Part shown: positions 40,549 to 55,683 of the stretch, piece by piece
Layout of the letters: every line of letters begins with the position of its first letter
Position numbering within the stretch: the first letter of the stretch is position 1
DNA from: Styela clava
Taxonomy: Eukaryota
Length of the DNA: 64,000 nucleotides
Direction of reading: 5' to 3'
NCBI RefSeq assembly: GCF_964204865.1
Contig: NC_135256.1
Location: 19,654,001 to 19,718,000, forward strand
Notes under the pieces: generated by a model
Seen by the model: the letters and a program-made list of their open reading frames with translations, nothing else
Told to the model about the DNA's origin: nothing
Databases searched by the model: none
Made by a program: the position numbers and the translations under genes

Positions 40549-42708
40549 AAATAATCCTGGCCTTGCCTCGACAAACATTTCACATCCATTCGACTGACAT
40601 TACGAGACAACTATTAGTTTGTGGTGTGGTGTCACATTTTTCCACTTTGGAAAAAAATAAATATTAAAATTTGTTACTCGAAATAATGTATGTGCGTAGA
40701 TATTTCACGTAACATTCCAGCAAATTAAATCAAAGCTTACTTTTATTCTTAAAATTTATATCTGATCCACTATCTCAATTGATCAAATTTATTAACAGGA
40801 CAAGGAGTAATATTTACTAATATAATATAACAAGACTACGTGTAAACTAACCATTCAGTCGAACGTCTAACTTCTGATTTTACTTTCGTGTGTATCTTGT
40901 CCAATGTGATATATCTTCGAGTGTAAAAAATAATATTGCACAACACAACACAAGTTAGTAAAGAATTTATAGATAATATAACGACAGCTTTGAGTCACAG
41001 GTACAAGTTCTCAATTGCAAATATATAAATGAAAATTCTTACTACAGACTGTATATATACACTCAACAAAAGACAAACAGAGATAGTCCTAGACTATATT
41101 ATAAATAAAACTAATCAAGTTGGAGAAAATACAGGCGTTGCAATTTCATAAAAGATGAGGAATCAAAGTGGTTCCATCGATTCACTTCGCACGCAACCAC
41201 GATTTCAATAAATCAATTGCTATTGAATGAATTGAAACCGCTCAATATTACTTCCTATTAAAAAGTTGCCTTTTCAGATGCCTCGCATTTGAGTGGTTTG
41301 TACCGTGCGTGCTTTATAGAGTCTTGCACCCGATATTTCTGCAATTAGAAATATCACAACATTATAAATACTTTCTAAAATATGTGAATACGATTGCTAT
41401 GAGCATAGAGACTGAAATTAACTATAATTTTACAAACAAAAAATGTTGTCCATTGGAAAATCATTCATTGCTTAGCAATTTCATTTGTTGCAAATAAAAA
41501 CAGAATAAGTTTATCGCGAAGTTTATACCAAACTTTATAGTATCTACAATGACAGTCCCCGCCCTTCATGACCTGGTGACATGTAACATTCTATATTCGT
41601 TAATATACATTATCTCGAAATTATTTTGATATATATCAAATCCGTGTAATAGCTGTTCTATAACATAAGTTAGATTTGAATGTTTATTAAAAAAACGTGA
41701 TTTAATTATTGCCTCAGCATCGTAAGTGTATTCGTATTTTTTCTCAACGTCGGCGGTAATATCTCACCAGACGAATTTGCGATACCAAGCGTGATCGAAT
41801 AAAGACTAATGAATATTCTTTTCCTTTTCATAGTTCTAAAGAATTACCTACACTTCCTTCCACACAAGAAAATATGAAGACGACAAAGTATGCAAGAAAC
41901 GTCGCTGCCTAAATCCGCATATTTTACGTTACTTAAATCCATTGAAGGCTATACTGACTGTCCTTCCCAATCTCCGGTCATTTTATATTATACGACAAAG
42001 AATGTCTATATTCAGTGTACACAAGTAAAATATATTTACAAGTCACTGTATATCACTATGCTGTTGATTGTTTAATAATACGCCTCACCCCACCCACTCG
42101 TCATGTTTATAATCTCTATCTATCACAGTCCTTAGTTTCTTTCATTCCAAACCATAATATTCAATAGTCTACTCTCGATTAACTCTTCCTTGTCAAACCC
42201 GCACTCAATTACCACATACATATTGCAGTACTAGCTGTACTATCATTCCACCTACTTCACACAGAAAACAGACAATATTTTACAAGCGTTTATATTCATT
42301 AACACAACATCGTTTTTTGATGAAAAACATTAGTTCACCATTGCTGACACTCTCATTGACGGCCCATGTTCTGTACACTCAATCATAAAGCATAACACAC
42401 AGTACAGGCAGTACAGTAAATTATGCTTATATTCAGTATATTAAAGAATATAGCATTGATCATAGACGCCATAATTGGGGCATGTAGTTGAAATAATATG
42501 GGCTATAAAGATATTAATGGAGGTAGTCGTGTCCGGAAAATCAACTGGTTGAGAATACTCACAAGTGGGTTTCTCGTGGTCACTGATATATGATCCTAAT
42601 GTAGAAGCGCAAAAGGATAATCATATATATACAATGTAACACTTTCCCATTACAGCATTTTGCGCAAGGCAGAGTTTGGTAACTGCAGAAAATGCATACC
42701 AAAAACTG

Positions 42709-45677
42709 CTATACTATTTTAGGAAGCACAACCTTTTGCATGTGTTTCATGACAACACTTTCTTTTGGTTTCCAGAACCTCTTCCCTTCAGCAAAATATC
42801 TTCCCTCGGCCACCGGACCAAGAGGTTTTGTATAATCCCATTCGTAATATCTCCTTCTTGAGCTGGCTTGCCGTTGTTCTTTCGAGGTAGATTTTCTTCG
42901 TGCACTTTTTATTTCATTTATTATATGATTTTTCTCACTCCGCTCTACTAGTTCCTTGATGGGAATGTCTATAAAATTAAAAGAACGACATCGTTTTGTA
43001 TTAAATTTAAGCAAAATTTACCTACTCCGATTTCTTTGATTAATTAATTGATCTTACCGGTACGAAAGCTTTCCTACAGAAGTTGTCAAAGTTTTGGTGA
43101 CTAAAGGTATAGGACAAAGCGCAAGAGCGTATGTATTTTTTGTCAACTTCGATGTCAACCCATCGATGTGTGGCATTCATAATTTTGAAATTATATGTGG
43201 GGTAAAGATGATTCTTCATGCTTTGCATCGGAAAATTGCATTGCGTCGTAACAAGAATCGAATACCAGTTCCAAGTTTTGAAGCTTGCGAGCTAATGTCA
43301 AATTAGACGTAGGTCTTGTATTTATGCTTTCATATAAACGCTTTACCTGTTTTTAATCGGACGTATTCTTCTGGTATACCACTTAGTGCCTCTCCAGCAT
43401 GTTCTCGCGTGAGATTAGATTTCATTTCTCTATAATGTGCAGATATTTGCCTGTAATAATTTTCATTTGGTTGCATTGTTCTTGATACTTGAACAGGAGG
43501 CAAAAGAAGTCGTCTGCGTCGAACAACAAATTTTTCTCTTTCGGTACGTGAAACAGCAGAAACCTGCTAACACGTATATATTAAAAATTATGCATATTAA
43601 AGAAAATATGTTATGGAATAAGCCATTGAAACGTACTCTTCTTGATGAAATATGAAGTTACATTCTGTCGATTGAAATTCCTTTGATTGAGTCTTACTAC
43701 GCAATAAAATTATATATATCTGTGAATACGTACTACAATTTTCGTTCGTTGCCACAGGCATATGGCACCTTAGTTTTGCCAGAGCTTCTCAAATTTTGTA
43801 TATATTTTATTTCAATACTACGGACGACAACATAATGTCTGGCAGACATATTCATTGTTTCAATTTGTTACATGAAGATTATGGAACTTCCGATGCTTAT
43901 GTAGCCGCAGCAACGACGCTCACCTGTCTGCTGAACGACTCTTCATCCGCCTCTTCAACGTCTTCAAGATTTGCGACGTCCAGTGCTCTTTGCACGGGAT
44001 TAGGAGGCTTCGTAATTTTCTCGAGCTGTTGAATGAAGCGATTGTGTAAATATTAATTGAATGTCAATATATAATTTCAGTTGTGTTTTATTTATTTTTC
44101 AATCGTATGTATTCTATTTGAAAATATGCTTGTATATCGAACATTCCTATTTTGTTTCTATCGAATAAAGATGGTTGTCTGGAGATTTATCTTAAAACGA
44201 AAATCGAAAAATAATACCCGTTGAAAAGCAAATGTAATGGTCGTTTTTCTGCATATATATTTTGCATTGATGATGATTATTTATGTCAATTTTTACAAGA
44301 TAAAAAATGCGGTTTGTTTTGAAAAATCGATTAAATGAAATTGAAAATTAATATGACAAACACAAAAGTTTGAGCCATTTTGTAATTTACTTTATTCTGT
44401 ATTGAAGCTTATGAAAATGTTTTGTGTTTTCTGTTGGAACGCAAGGTCGGTCGGTGCTTTGTCATAATAATGCTACATATCAATTGAGTTCCGTCGTCGA
44501 AGCACATTTGATATATTCAAATATTAGCCAATACCTGTTCGAGACGAGTCATATATATATTTATCAGACATTTAGAAAAGGAATGGACCATATTGAATTA
44601 CGCGATTGCCCAAACAAATTATTAAATAGTCGCTGAGTTAACAAACCTGTAAAATACTTTCTGTAACATCACCCAAAACGTCAGAGCGGAATGTCTTGAT
44701 TTGTCCATTGCGTTTGCCCTGAATAATGAAAGCATGTTGGTGATTAAAACTAATTACAAGAACATATCTCTGTATTATTCTTCAGATTAAATTTGAATGG
44801 CAGGTGAGTATTTATTTATATATACGAGTAATATGACAAACGAATTTGATTATGTAATTCTTCAAATAGGTGTTCAGCCAAATTAATCCGCCTTCTCGTA
44901 CCTAAATAATTATGTTAGTGTTGTTTCTGAGTCTAACGATTCCGACGATTATATAAATACAAAAGTTTGCTCAAATTTATAGACACAAGTTTTAAATGTC
45001 CAATGAAAGTGTTCCCACATTTAATATAAAACTGTTTTTTTTTTAATTTGGTGTTCAATAAAACAGTTAAACTCACTTCATACCAATATATATACAAGTA
45101 AAACTTCACAAAGTATACCTTCAATGCAGAGCAAGATAAGGTAACTTACTTGTTCCAATAAAATTCGAGTTTTGATTAATCGCCTTTGCTCGGGATTACG
45201 TATAGGTTTGTATTTATGACTTTCTTTTCTGATCTGATCAAGCGATGCTCCACCATACCGTCCAAGATTTATTAGTGGTCTTATTTCTCCGGACATTTTA
45301 CTCTTCTCTTTAACCACAGTGATGCGTTGAAGTAACGCTTTTTGAAACGCTTTGATATCATCGTTTGATTGGAATATCTTTTTTGCACTTCTGCAAAACA
45401 TATACGGAGAAATTCTAGAATCTAGACTAGATCACGCAATGATAATCATTTCAGTCTATTCTAATTTCACATGTTTCTGGGGAGAGAAATGTAATTCTGT
45501 AAGTTACCTCTCCCATAAATATCGTTCCGTAGCTTTGTCGTCTTCAATTTGTCGTTTGATTGCATTTAATCTTTTAGATTCAAGTCCATTTTTCATGGAG
45601 GTAATTTTACGTTGTCTTTCGCCATGCATGTAAATTTTAGCTACTCGGCCACCGGCTGATACACTAACAGAGTCCAT
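42709..45677 (-). CDS. Uncharacterised basic, partly coiled-coil protein (6 exons, ~353 aa; an alternative last exon is possible)
   Basis: Exons 45677-45508, 45390-45150, 44718-44647, 44025-43924, 43563-43347 and 42968-42709, all GT-AG with closing phases and no internal stops. No family was recognised. Confidence 0.7.
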
Positions 45678-47065
45678 TGTACAGCATTTACCTCTACTAA
45701 GCTTGTACAAGTGTGTGTCTTGTTGTAGAACTTGTAGATTACCATAAATGTTCGCGGTATGTTGATTATAAGGTATAGTTATTCGTAAAATTCGTAGTAT
45801 ATATTTGCTAGGAATAAGGCGCAATTCATACAAAATTTCCACAAACCTATGTTTAGTTGTATAGAAAAAAGATGCGCGGATGTTAGCTGCTTTTTTACTA
45901 TTTTAGCGCAGAATTTTTCATCACATCAGCCTATATAATCTAGCTTTTATTGTCAAATATAACCCCTCCTTTTGTGAATTTGCTACATAAAACAAGAAAA
46001 GATAACCTATTCTACGAGCAATAATTAACTATGTCACGAGCAAGCGCCTGAATTGGTTTAAATCACTCGAGTCAGTTTTGAGACAATTGCCAATACGCCA
46101 TTACGAATACAATAATTATGTTATTATGTACCAAGGACAATTGTAGAAAACATTAAGATATATCCGTCTTGTAATTGAAACTCTTCCATGTAATATCTCA
46201 CGCCCTACAAACATAATCAGAAACATTATCTCAGAAAACAATAGTACATCGGAGTCATTCATGCTATTGATACTGATCAAAAGATGACCGCTTCTGGATT
46301 TTCTGGTTTACCAAGGATGGTCCTCAGAAAACAACATTCTTCAATATAGATATACACATGAAAAACTATTAATAAGGCAATTTCTCGTTTTGAAATGATA
46401 TGTACTGGTATACATATATGTACTATATATATCAAGAATCATGTTGTATACGAGTCGAACGAGGTTGTTGGCGGACAACTGGTCTGTTTAGAGTTAAAAA
46501 CGTGTATTGAAGTATTTTTATACAGTTACAACAAAAATATATCCGTTGATCCCGGTTCATTTCCATCAAGATTCAGATAGTAGTATCACACAATCACTAA
46601 AAATTATCACTACATCACAAACTTCTGTCATTTGCAAATATTCGTTGTATCATTCTTTTCAAACTTGCGAACATTTTGAATTCGTTTTTTATTATATTTT
46701 CATGTGTCATAAATCCAGTGATCAAATTGTAATACCTGCTCATTGTTGAAATACTTATTTTAATCATTAGTTTTATAATTATTAGTTTTCAACCTAATAT
46801 TTTGAAAAACGTTTTAGGAATATATATACGGTAATAAGATATCTCAACGCACTTTTCCGTGAACTTTTATCTCGGGACATTTTATCCCAAACAATACAGA
46901 CGTGATTAACATGAAACAGTACAAACCATTTTAACCAGATTAACAGAGTTTGTGCAGGCCGGTCAACGTTTTAGTGAAATAATCGTATCCCATAAATTTA
47001 CATCGTTTCTATTCATCTGTAACGTTAGCGAAATACATCATAAATAATTAGAAAATTACTGGCAA

Positions 47066-47299
47066 CAAGAGGGCTTTGCTCAAATATGTGGACACGTTGA
47101 GCCACATAATTTTGATGACGTCATAGCGAAAAATGAAAGTAATAGCCTTCTAGAGAAACAGTCTATTCTAACCACTAAAAATTTCAAAGCAATTGGTCCA
47201 GTATTCAAAAAGAAAAGCGATTTCATAAAAACGTGTCAAAGAACAACAAAAACAACATAACAACAAAACGATCGTTATTTCCACTACATGTCCAATAAT
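47066..47299 (-). mobile_element. Short Helentron/DINE-1-like element
   Basis: aacaag end with hairpin gagggctttgctc, sub-terminal IR ggacacgt / acatgtcc and an (AAC)n microsatellite near the other end. Confidence 0.55.
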
Positions 47300-47699
47300 T
47301 CAAGAGACAATCAATTAATCTTGTCAATTAATGCTTCGAAAGATTTATACTTCATGAGATCTTCCCGTACTCAGTTTTGAAATAATAACAGTGCAATAGA
47401 CTGCCACATTTTCCAGTTTGTCATTTGCATTGTTAAAGATTTATTCAGATCTTCGCGGAAAATTGGAAACAATCCAGTACAAACGTGTATTGTTACCTTG
47501 AAGATATAAGCTACTGAAACCAAAATTACATAGTTACAGAAGATAGACTATTTGTTTATGTTGTCATGTTTAATCCGGGGGCAGGAAAACCGATGTGGAG
47601 ACTCAGACATATATATGTCGAACCACGGCTTCTCGCCTGGTTATGTGGGGAACGCCGTAACCGACTATATAGACGAGGGATCCGGCGGAGGCTGTAGGG

Positions 47700-48137
47700 C
47701 AGGGGTCGGCAACCTACGGCCCGCGGAGTAATATAATCCGGCCTGCGACGCTTCACTAAATTATAGTAACAAAGCGGCTGTTTTGACGATTATATTCTTT
47801 ACGTAACAAAATTTATTGTGAGAGTAAATGATATTTTAATCTATCAAGTATAAACTTCGCCTATAATTTAATTATAATTTGACAAATGGCAACAAAAGCA
47901 GAAAAGTCGATCCTAAAGGTAAAGGGTTCAATGGCGCCGAAAATATTCAAATATAATTTTTTGAGATGCAATGCAATGAGGAAATAAATCTATATTCCAT
48001 TCGAGAGATGTATCACTGCTTGATTTTTATTATAAAAAGTATCATCGGTTCGTTTTTCAACTTTCTAAAAATATGTGCGGCCCGCCAATGACTTGCAACC
48101 CTTCATTTTGGCCCGCGAGCGACAAATAGTTGCCCTG
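47700..48137. mobile_element. hAT-Charlie-type MITE inserted into a SINE fragment
   Basis: caggggtcggcaacctacggcccgcg ... ggcccgcgagc...gttgccctg, with TSD ctgtaggg/cagtaggg. Confidence 0.8.
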
Positions 48138-48571
48138 CAGTAGGGTGTGCACCAAACCGAATTGAACACAATTGAAACTATGCACCAAAATGATTTTAAA
48201 CGCCGTCTCGTTTGCATACTTTTCCCTTTTAAAGAAAATTCCTTGTTAATTTATTTTCAGTCACGGGGTGTTTTAACTTTCTTGTATATGAGCTGTTTGA
48301 TCAGGATTCATAATGGAATTTGGAATCTACCAAGTAACTTCGTGCTCTGCGAATTCTAATTTTTGCAATTGGTTATATATTAATTACCTTGGACTTTCTA
48401 GCCTCTGGTTTGTGTTTGTTATAATAGTGGAATACCATAAAATATGGTAAATACACAATAGACTTATGTATGTTTTTTGGAATGATGAACGAGTGCGGAG
48501 GGTACGAGTGCTGAAAGCTTCCATCCAGAAAGAGCCGCGGGCAATGAATGATTGGGAACCACGCAATAGAG

Positions 48572-49851
48572 CATTGATTTTCAACCTTTTTTGTACCGCG
48601 GAACACTTTTTTTAATCTGATATTGTGGCGGAACACCAAACGAAATTTTTGGAAATAAACTATAATATACAATTAACTGACGTCGATCATTTTGGCATGA
48701 AAATAAAATAACGAAATCAATAATATAGCTTGTCAACTTTAGGAAAAGACGTGATACATTCCGATTCAGAGCTACAAGAGCTAAAGTACGGTATAAATGA
48801 ATGTTTTTGCAAGTTTGCTTATGAATACTATGGTTACGGTAGCTAGAAACAGAAATGGTATTTTAGTGTGATATTTGGGTCTGTTTCGATGAGTTTCAAA
48901 TATTTTATTCTGTAATTGAGGAGAGACAAACACGCAGCTCTTTCTCAACGGCTCTCAATTTCTCGCGTTTTTTTTTTTATACGCAACAGGAGTCCAGAAG
49001 GTCGGAGGTCGATTTGGAAATTAATAGAATCATTGGCAGCAAAGCAATTTTTACTGTTTAATTTCGTCATAATCGCTACTTTTTTGCCCCCTGAACGTTT
49101 TCATATTACCGCTTTTGTTCTTGTGCGCAAGTATTAATTCGTGCCGATCGGCGAAGATCGAAGTTTCATATTTTGGTATAAATATGCGTTCACATCGGCG
49201 ACAGATGTTAATGACATCCTGAATGTTGATTTAAAAGCTGAAATAAAGGCATTTCTACGTGGTCATTAGGCGAGATGACGATGAAGAGCACTTCTTTAAC
49301 GATATCTTACATGCGCGACCTGATGCCAAAAAAATTGTAAACAATTTTTTGCCCAATTGCTTTTGTGCTGATTAGACGCTGATTAGAATTATTCACCTCG
49401 AGTTTTAACGTTTTCTTTTCCAACAAAACAATACCGCGGCCATTATCATAGCTAAAATCGTTACCTACAAATTCACAATTTTATTTACGGAATATGCAAA
49501 TTCAACTCTTCACTTGACGATTTTGATGATGCCACGCCCTAATTATTACTGCAAGAAAAGCTTCAAAATGCAACGAATGTAATCAACTCCGATGATGACT
49601 CCATTCATGGTAGAGTATAATGTTCACATATTTGAAACATTATTTGGCCAAGAATGGAATGGGATCACTAAAAATACACGCCGAGATAAAGTCTATTAAA
49701 AGGGAATATGGCCTGTCTCTTCCTATCTGGTTACAAGTTTTTTATACCGACTTTCCAAAACTCTCACTCGCCGTTTTCAAATCGACTCCATCTATATTAT
49801 TCGAATGACGTTCGAACCGGTGTTCCGCGGAACACCGGTTGAAAATCACTG
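48572..49851 (+). mobile_element. Internally deleted hAT (Buster/Charlie-type) element
   Basis: TIRs cattgattttcaacc / ggttgaaaatcactg, ccgcggaacac subterminal motifs and a decayed transposase-like segment (IWLQVFYTDFPKLS ~49730). No clear TSD. Confidence 0.65.
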
Positions 49852-51266
49852 TATTGCTTCTTAATTAAAATACTACAAACCAGCTGGGGTACTAGCATTC
49901 TTCTCACAAATGATCTACCACCACGAGATACAATCCTGGGGTTCTGGTGAACCAGAATTGCGACTTCGAGCATGGTCCAAACGCTGGAACAATGAAACAA
50001 TGAAACGACCCGAGCAATGTCCTAATCCACTGACAGTCGACTTAAATTGAAGAAAAAAATGGACGCAATGCAATTATTATAATCATTATATATTCAAACA
50101 ATCTGGTCGATTCTCTGTGTCACACATAATATTCAACCGATTTACATATATATACATCCATAAAACCTATGATTTTAAAACAAACGTGTAACCGCAGAAA
50201 CAGACTGTGGTGACTGTCACTTATTCAATCATCAATAAAAGGCATCCCTACATAAACTATGGCAAGTAAACTATTAATAAGGACAACTTTTAAATAATCT
50301 CATAGTATTGACTCTATTCAGCAAATACAAAAGAATGGCGTAAACAAGCGGTGCACTAGGAAAACATTGGATTACACTCATACAGTATGCAAAACCAAAA
50401 AAATGTGTTTGTGATCGATATTCCAACGATAATGGATACATGACAAAAACCATATTTGTTGTCAAGACACAGCATAAGTTGAAATTTTACTCTATATTAC
50501 CTACAAATAAAAACGAAGCTAATAATATTCTCTGAAAAAAATAGATTAATCTTAGAGAAAATTAATTTTACTTGAAAAACCGGTTTTATTGCACTGTTAA
50601 TTAACGATATTCATGGTGGCAAATTGACCACAAATTCCTAATCTGGAAATGATTCAAAGTGCCCAAAGAAATACAAAATCAGCAAAAAACAATATGCACT
50701 TTTCTTTTCATGAAATTGATAAAATATGTTTCAAAAATTGATTAAGTGAGAATGATTCCATCCAAACTAAGAAGATAACTTTAACAAAAACGTCATAAGC
50801 GCCTGAGGTGCTAAAATCATCAGAAACTAAACTCTCATAGTATGGGAATTTGCAGCTGCATTATAACTAGCTTGTACTTGAATAAAATCACCATAGACTA
50901 ATGCAATATACAAGCATCTAAATTAAGCAGTAGAGTAGACATTAATTAAAAAAAGTTCGTCATCATACATTCACAGTATGGCATAATATATCTTGACAGG
51001 CTTGACCTATGCTAACATAACAAGCAATATCGCCAATAAGCAAAGGACTATAATAAATTTGATATGTTTCTGATACTAAATATAACAATATTCTTGAGAA
51101 AATATAGCTTACCAAGTTTCACTGACTGAGTATCATAAGTAAGGTTCAACATTTAAGTAACAACAGATAAAGACAGATAAAGAAAAACTCTGCAAGTCCT
51201 ATTCAATAACAACAGTATGAATTATGCATAATCACTGAATATTGAAAACAAAACCTAAATCAAAAC

Positions 51267-54244
51267 CTATTTATTGTTCATTTTGCTGAGAATGCGAAGC
51301 GTTTCCATGAATAAGTTGATGACATCGAGATATAGATTGATCGATGCAACAATGTATTCCTCAGGAGAAAGACGTTTCATGATAAGATGAGTATCGTAAA
51401 TGATGAACATGCAGAACAATAAGGCGCCAGCACTAGCACAAAACATTTCGAAGGTGTCATTGTGAAAGAAAATCTAAAAATATCAATTCACATAAATATG
51501 AAATATATTATATTAAATTAAAATAATTTGAAACGAATGCGAATTTTAAGTTGACGATTTGACACTGAAATTATACATGATAATAAAAAGATATATACAA
51601 AGAAGAAATGTCAACGCTATGTTCATATCTGTAGCGAGAAAAGATTTTCATAGCCTTGGGCAAGAAAGGCCATGAGATTACTTGATAGTGAATTGGTAAT
51701 GCCACAATTTCTAGCCTGTTTTTCCGATCAGGTTTTAGAAGGGGTTGCCCAAGCTTTATGACTGAATGTAGTTTACGAATGATTGCGCAGGCCACTTGAC
51801 ATGGTAGTTATTTTCTAGTTTTCACAACACTGACTCAGTGGCTCAGATTTTAGGAGACATCGAGTTGTTTGGTATATCTAATTTAGGGCTAGAAGACCTT
51901 GCTGCAGAATAACTATGATTATTCATGCTAATGGACTGGGATGATCTATTACCGATCATCTGTCCAGTGAACATAGAGTCTAGCAATCATTATCACCCTC
52001 CAAACACAATCACCCTTCCACAGGATAAGGGGGCTAAAATGCAGGAACTGGCAAAATGGAACTTGTCAATGTCACTTCACCTCACTTATTGATACTCACT
52101 TGCAAAATTCCAGTGCCAACCAGAACCCATAAACCAACAAAGAGAGCAGCTCCCCAAGATGAATAATCCCTCTTGCTTTGTAAAGTATAAGATGTGAGAA
52201 TGCAGAAAACTGACAGGGTAAGGATGAATGCTTGTAGAACAATTTCCACTCTTAAATTGATGAAAAAGTATAGTTACTACTGAACTCTATTATCTCTAAA
52301 TGTTTCAGAGTGTCAATTTAATTTTTACTTTACTTAAACTACAAAATATGCACTTCTAGTTGGCCTGCAATTTTTGCATATGCCATTCCTAACCCCCACC
52401 TGACTACGTCAACAAAAAAATATGTCCTTACGACGTCACAGTGGTGTAATAAAGACCTCCAAAGTGTGCGGATGGTCGTCCAATACACGCAGACGATCCC
52501 GATATTAGAAAGACCGCTGGCATATAGTGACTTCCTCATCGTCGGCGCAGATGCCGTTTCGTAGATCGAAGCTATATTTTGGCAAGCTGAATGACGTGAT
52601 TGTGATGTCGTAAAAACATCATTTTTGCATAGCGTAGTCAGGTGGAGGTTAGGAATAACATATGCAAAATTATGCTACGCCCACCGAAAGTAATTGTGGT
52701 ACTAAACTATACTAACCCAATAAAAGCACACTTACTTGAAAAAGGTGACATATGTAGCAACAGTATAGGATTCGACAAGTGTAAATGCAAGTAGTAGATA
52801 CATATTTGTAGGATGTTCATGTCTTTTCAAAAGTAATGCAAATATCAATCCAATTGATAAAACCATTGTCACAATGAGAACAGGTTGACTGAAATAAAAA
52901 GTAATGTGTATTCAAATGACGAAATCTTAAAAATTACTCAATCAATTTATTCTTCATAGAAATATTCAATTTATATGAATTAAATTTGACTTAGTGCAAG
53001 AATGCAACAGTGAAAAAAATATAGTCAACTTAGGTGACTGATAAGTTTCAATTAAGAAGCACACATATTTATTGCAATTGCACTTATCATATTTTTACAC
53101 ACATAGTTTATGAATAATGAAGTGTTAAACGGAAGTTATACGGAGCATTACTTCGCGAATTATGGCACACACAAAATTTCAGACATACAAACAGCCAAAA
53201 CAAAATAGCTGTGTGAGAAGAAACTTTTTAATAACTTTGTTACCAATCAAACCAGCTTCCTGTCAGTAACAAGAAAAAATGATAACATTATCATAAAATA
53301 AAGACGATAAAATTCAAAGTTACTTCGGCCAAAAAAAGTTTGACATAGCGTACAACAAATTTCATTTTCAAACCTGTTCTGAGCAAAATTTTTCAACGTA
53401 TCCACACTGATGAATAGTGCACACATCACAGTTGTTATTGCTAGTTGAGCAGTCAAGATGCAGTAGACTTTTCTGAGGAATCCTGTCAAAATATTAGGTT
53501 AACACAAAATCGGGGTGTCATGGCTGCCTATCGCTTGATATTATAGTCAATTTATCTGTTTATGGCAAAATTAGTGAAATTGGCTAATTTAACAGAATCG
53601 AAATGATCAGAGTCGTTCGTCTTAGGATTCAGGAGGATTTACATATTTATCCTGGGGGAGAGGAAAACCGATTAGTCAGCTTAATCATATGGTGAACCAC
53701 GGCCTCTCATCCAGTTACCAGTCCATGTCGGGTATGGGATTAGTTGGCCAGTTATTTGTTTTCGGAAGCATGGACTTGACAGTGGAGGAAGGCGTAACTG
53801 ACCAGCAGTTACGTGAACCACCCCACGGCAACGATGAGTCCAGCACCCCGGAGCCAAGTCGGTATACGAGTCTTCCAGCATCTGAGCATAATGCACTACT
53901 ATAATTCTGCATGATTTCAGTAGCTCTGGCCATTTCAGTGGTCACTGTGACTTCGCTGAGAAGTAGGTAAACCTCTTTTACTTACGAGTGAATGCAAATG
54001 CACTTGCATCAAGCAAATACTCATAATATCCGATAAATGATCCTAGTATACCCACTATTACTGAGTACTGAGCAGTAAGTAGCCTATCGTTTTATTGGTA
54101 TACATACAGTGTACAAGCATATAAATCTCATTACATAGTTTCAAAAAGTGATTTACCAAGCCTGACACCCATGGTTGCCTGTTTGACATTTGTTCCATAG
54201 TTGAAATCATCTTCAATTGATGACGGTTCAGTTGTTAGATTCAT
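51267..54244 (-). CDS. TMBIM4: Protein lifeguard 4 / Golgi anti-apoptotic protein (Bax inhibitor-1 family; 5 exons, ~235 aa)
   Basis: Exons 54244-54157, 53482-53374, 52888-52736, 52250-52100 and 51473-51267. Motifs [66 protein letters not shown]. Confidence 0.95.
52335..52718. mobile_element. Merlin-like MITE (family B) in a TMBIM4 intron, left end decayed
   Basis: Body (gcatatgc..ttcctaacccccacctgactacgtca) is shared with 55684-56546, 56050-56515 and 59166-59611. The right end is gtactaaactatactaaccc. Confidence 0.75.
53632..53850 (-). mobile_element. 5'-truncated copy of the tRNA-derived SINE in TMBIM4 intron 1
   Basis: Close match to 17092-17315. Confidence 0.8.
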
Positions 54245-55683
54245 GGCTTCTTATGGCAGTATGGAAATATTGTGAGTTCCAAAAAATTAAAACCTCCTAG
54301 ATTTCTGGATTTAGTCTATAGATATACTAGATACAGCTGTATTGTAAAGAAGCAAATAATATTCAGATATTAGGGTTTTAAAAAAGACTATATACTGATA
54401 TATAAGATATCGTATATTCTGATATTAGTGTTATAATGGTATAATAAAGTCTATATCGAGGTAATAATCCAATAATCACACAACACACATTTACAACTTT
54501 CAAAAATATCATACCTCCAATTATTACATAAATAATAAAACTATACATAAATCACTAGACCTATTCCAAAAACATTTCACTCAACTTTCGGTCTTACGTG
54601 TTTTAATTTTAAGATTAATCTATTATATTTGCTTAGCCTATATGCTAAAACAATAAGTCTGACAGTCTGAATAAATATCCGAGTATAACTGCAGATTCGG
54701 GGATTGCAAGTAGTACCAAGTACCGTAGTTTTTCAAACATGCCTTAATTTATTCAAAGACTTCCAGACTATCTTTACACCCTCAGGCCACATTGTTTCGA
54801 CCGCACCGTGTGCGAACGCTGCTGATTCATTCAATTTTGAGATTTGTGTACAGTAAGCGAAGAAAGTAAATCGCCAACCTCGTGACATTAAATGGAATCA
54901 AAAAACGGATTATAGAATTAACAAATTCTCGACTGTGGGACTAGAAACTTACAATTGGGATGCAAATATGGGAGAAATTTCAACCGATCTACTGCATGCA
55001 TGCATGAAAATGCGCCCAAACAAATTCAAGCTTGGACTGCCAGACTTATAAATAGGACCGAATATACAAAAGTTTTAATGCCTGATTGTGATATTTGAGA
55101 ACTGAAAATCGATGTTTACTTTTTTGTGTGGGCATCATAGTCTATTTTATGACAATCACTGGATAGTTTTTTTTATTTTTTTTGAAGCATAAAAAGCCGG
55201 CATAAGTTTGTACCTTTTATCCAGAAATTTTTTTGTTTGTTTGTTTACATGCAGTTTCACCAGAGGCCTAGCAAGATTTTTTTGGGTGTTCAAACAAACA
55301 TCTACCAGTAATTGAAATCATATATTCAGGGTCCAACTTCATAATCAAATTATGTGCAATTATTAACAAACAAAATAGTGAACTGAATAGCGGGTGTGTG
55401 TGCGATGTGTGAGACAGCATGTAAACGAACAAATTGTTTTTAAATGAAAATGTGTAAACCTATGCTGGCATTTAGTGCTTAAAAATATAAAAAACAAACT
55501 ATCGAGTGAATGCCATAAAATTCGACTCTATACAGATATATAACGTCTACACAATAATGAAAACATCAATTGTCAGTTCTAAAAGGTTTACAGAAATGAA
55601 CTCTTCAGATTATACATAAAACGTGAACTTAATCGTCTAAAATCTAGACGTCTCTATAGCAACTTCATGGTACAAAATTTTTC

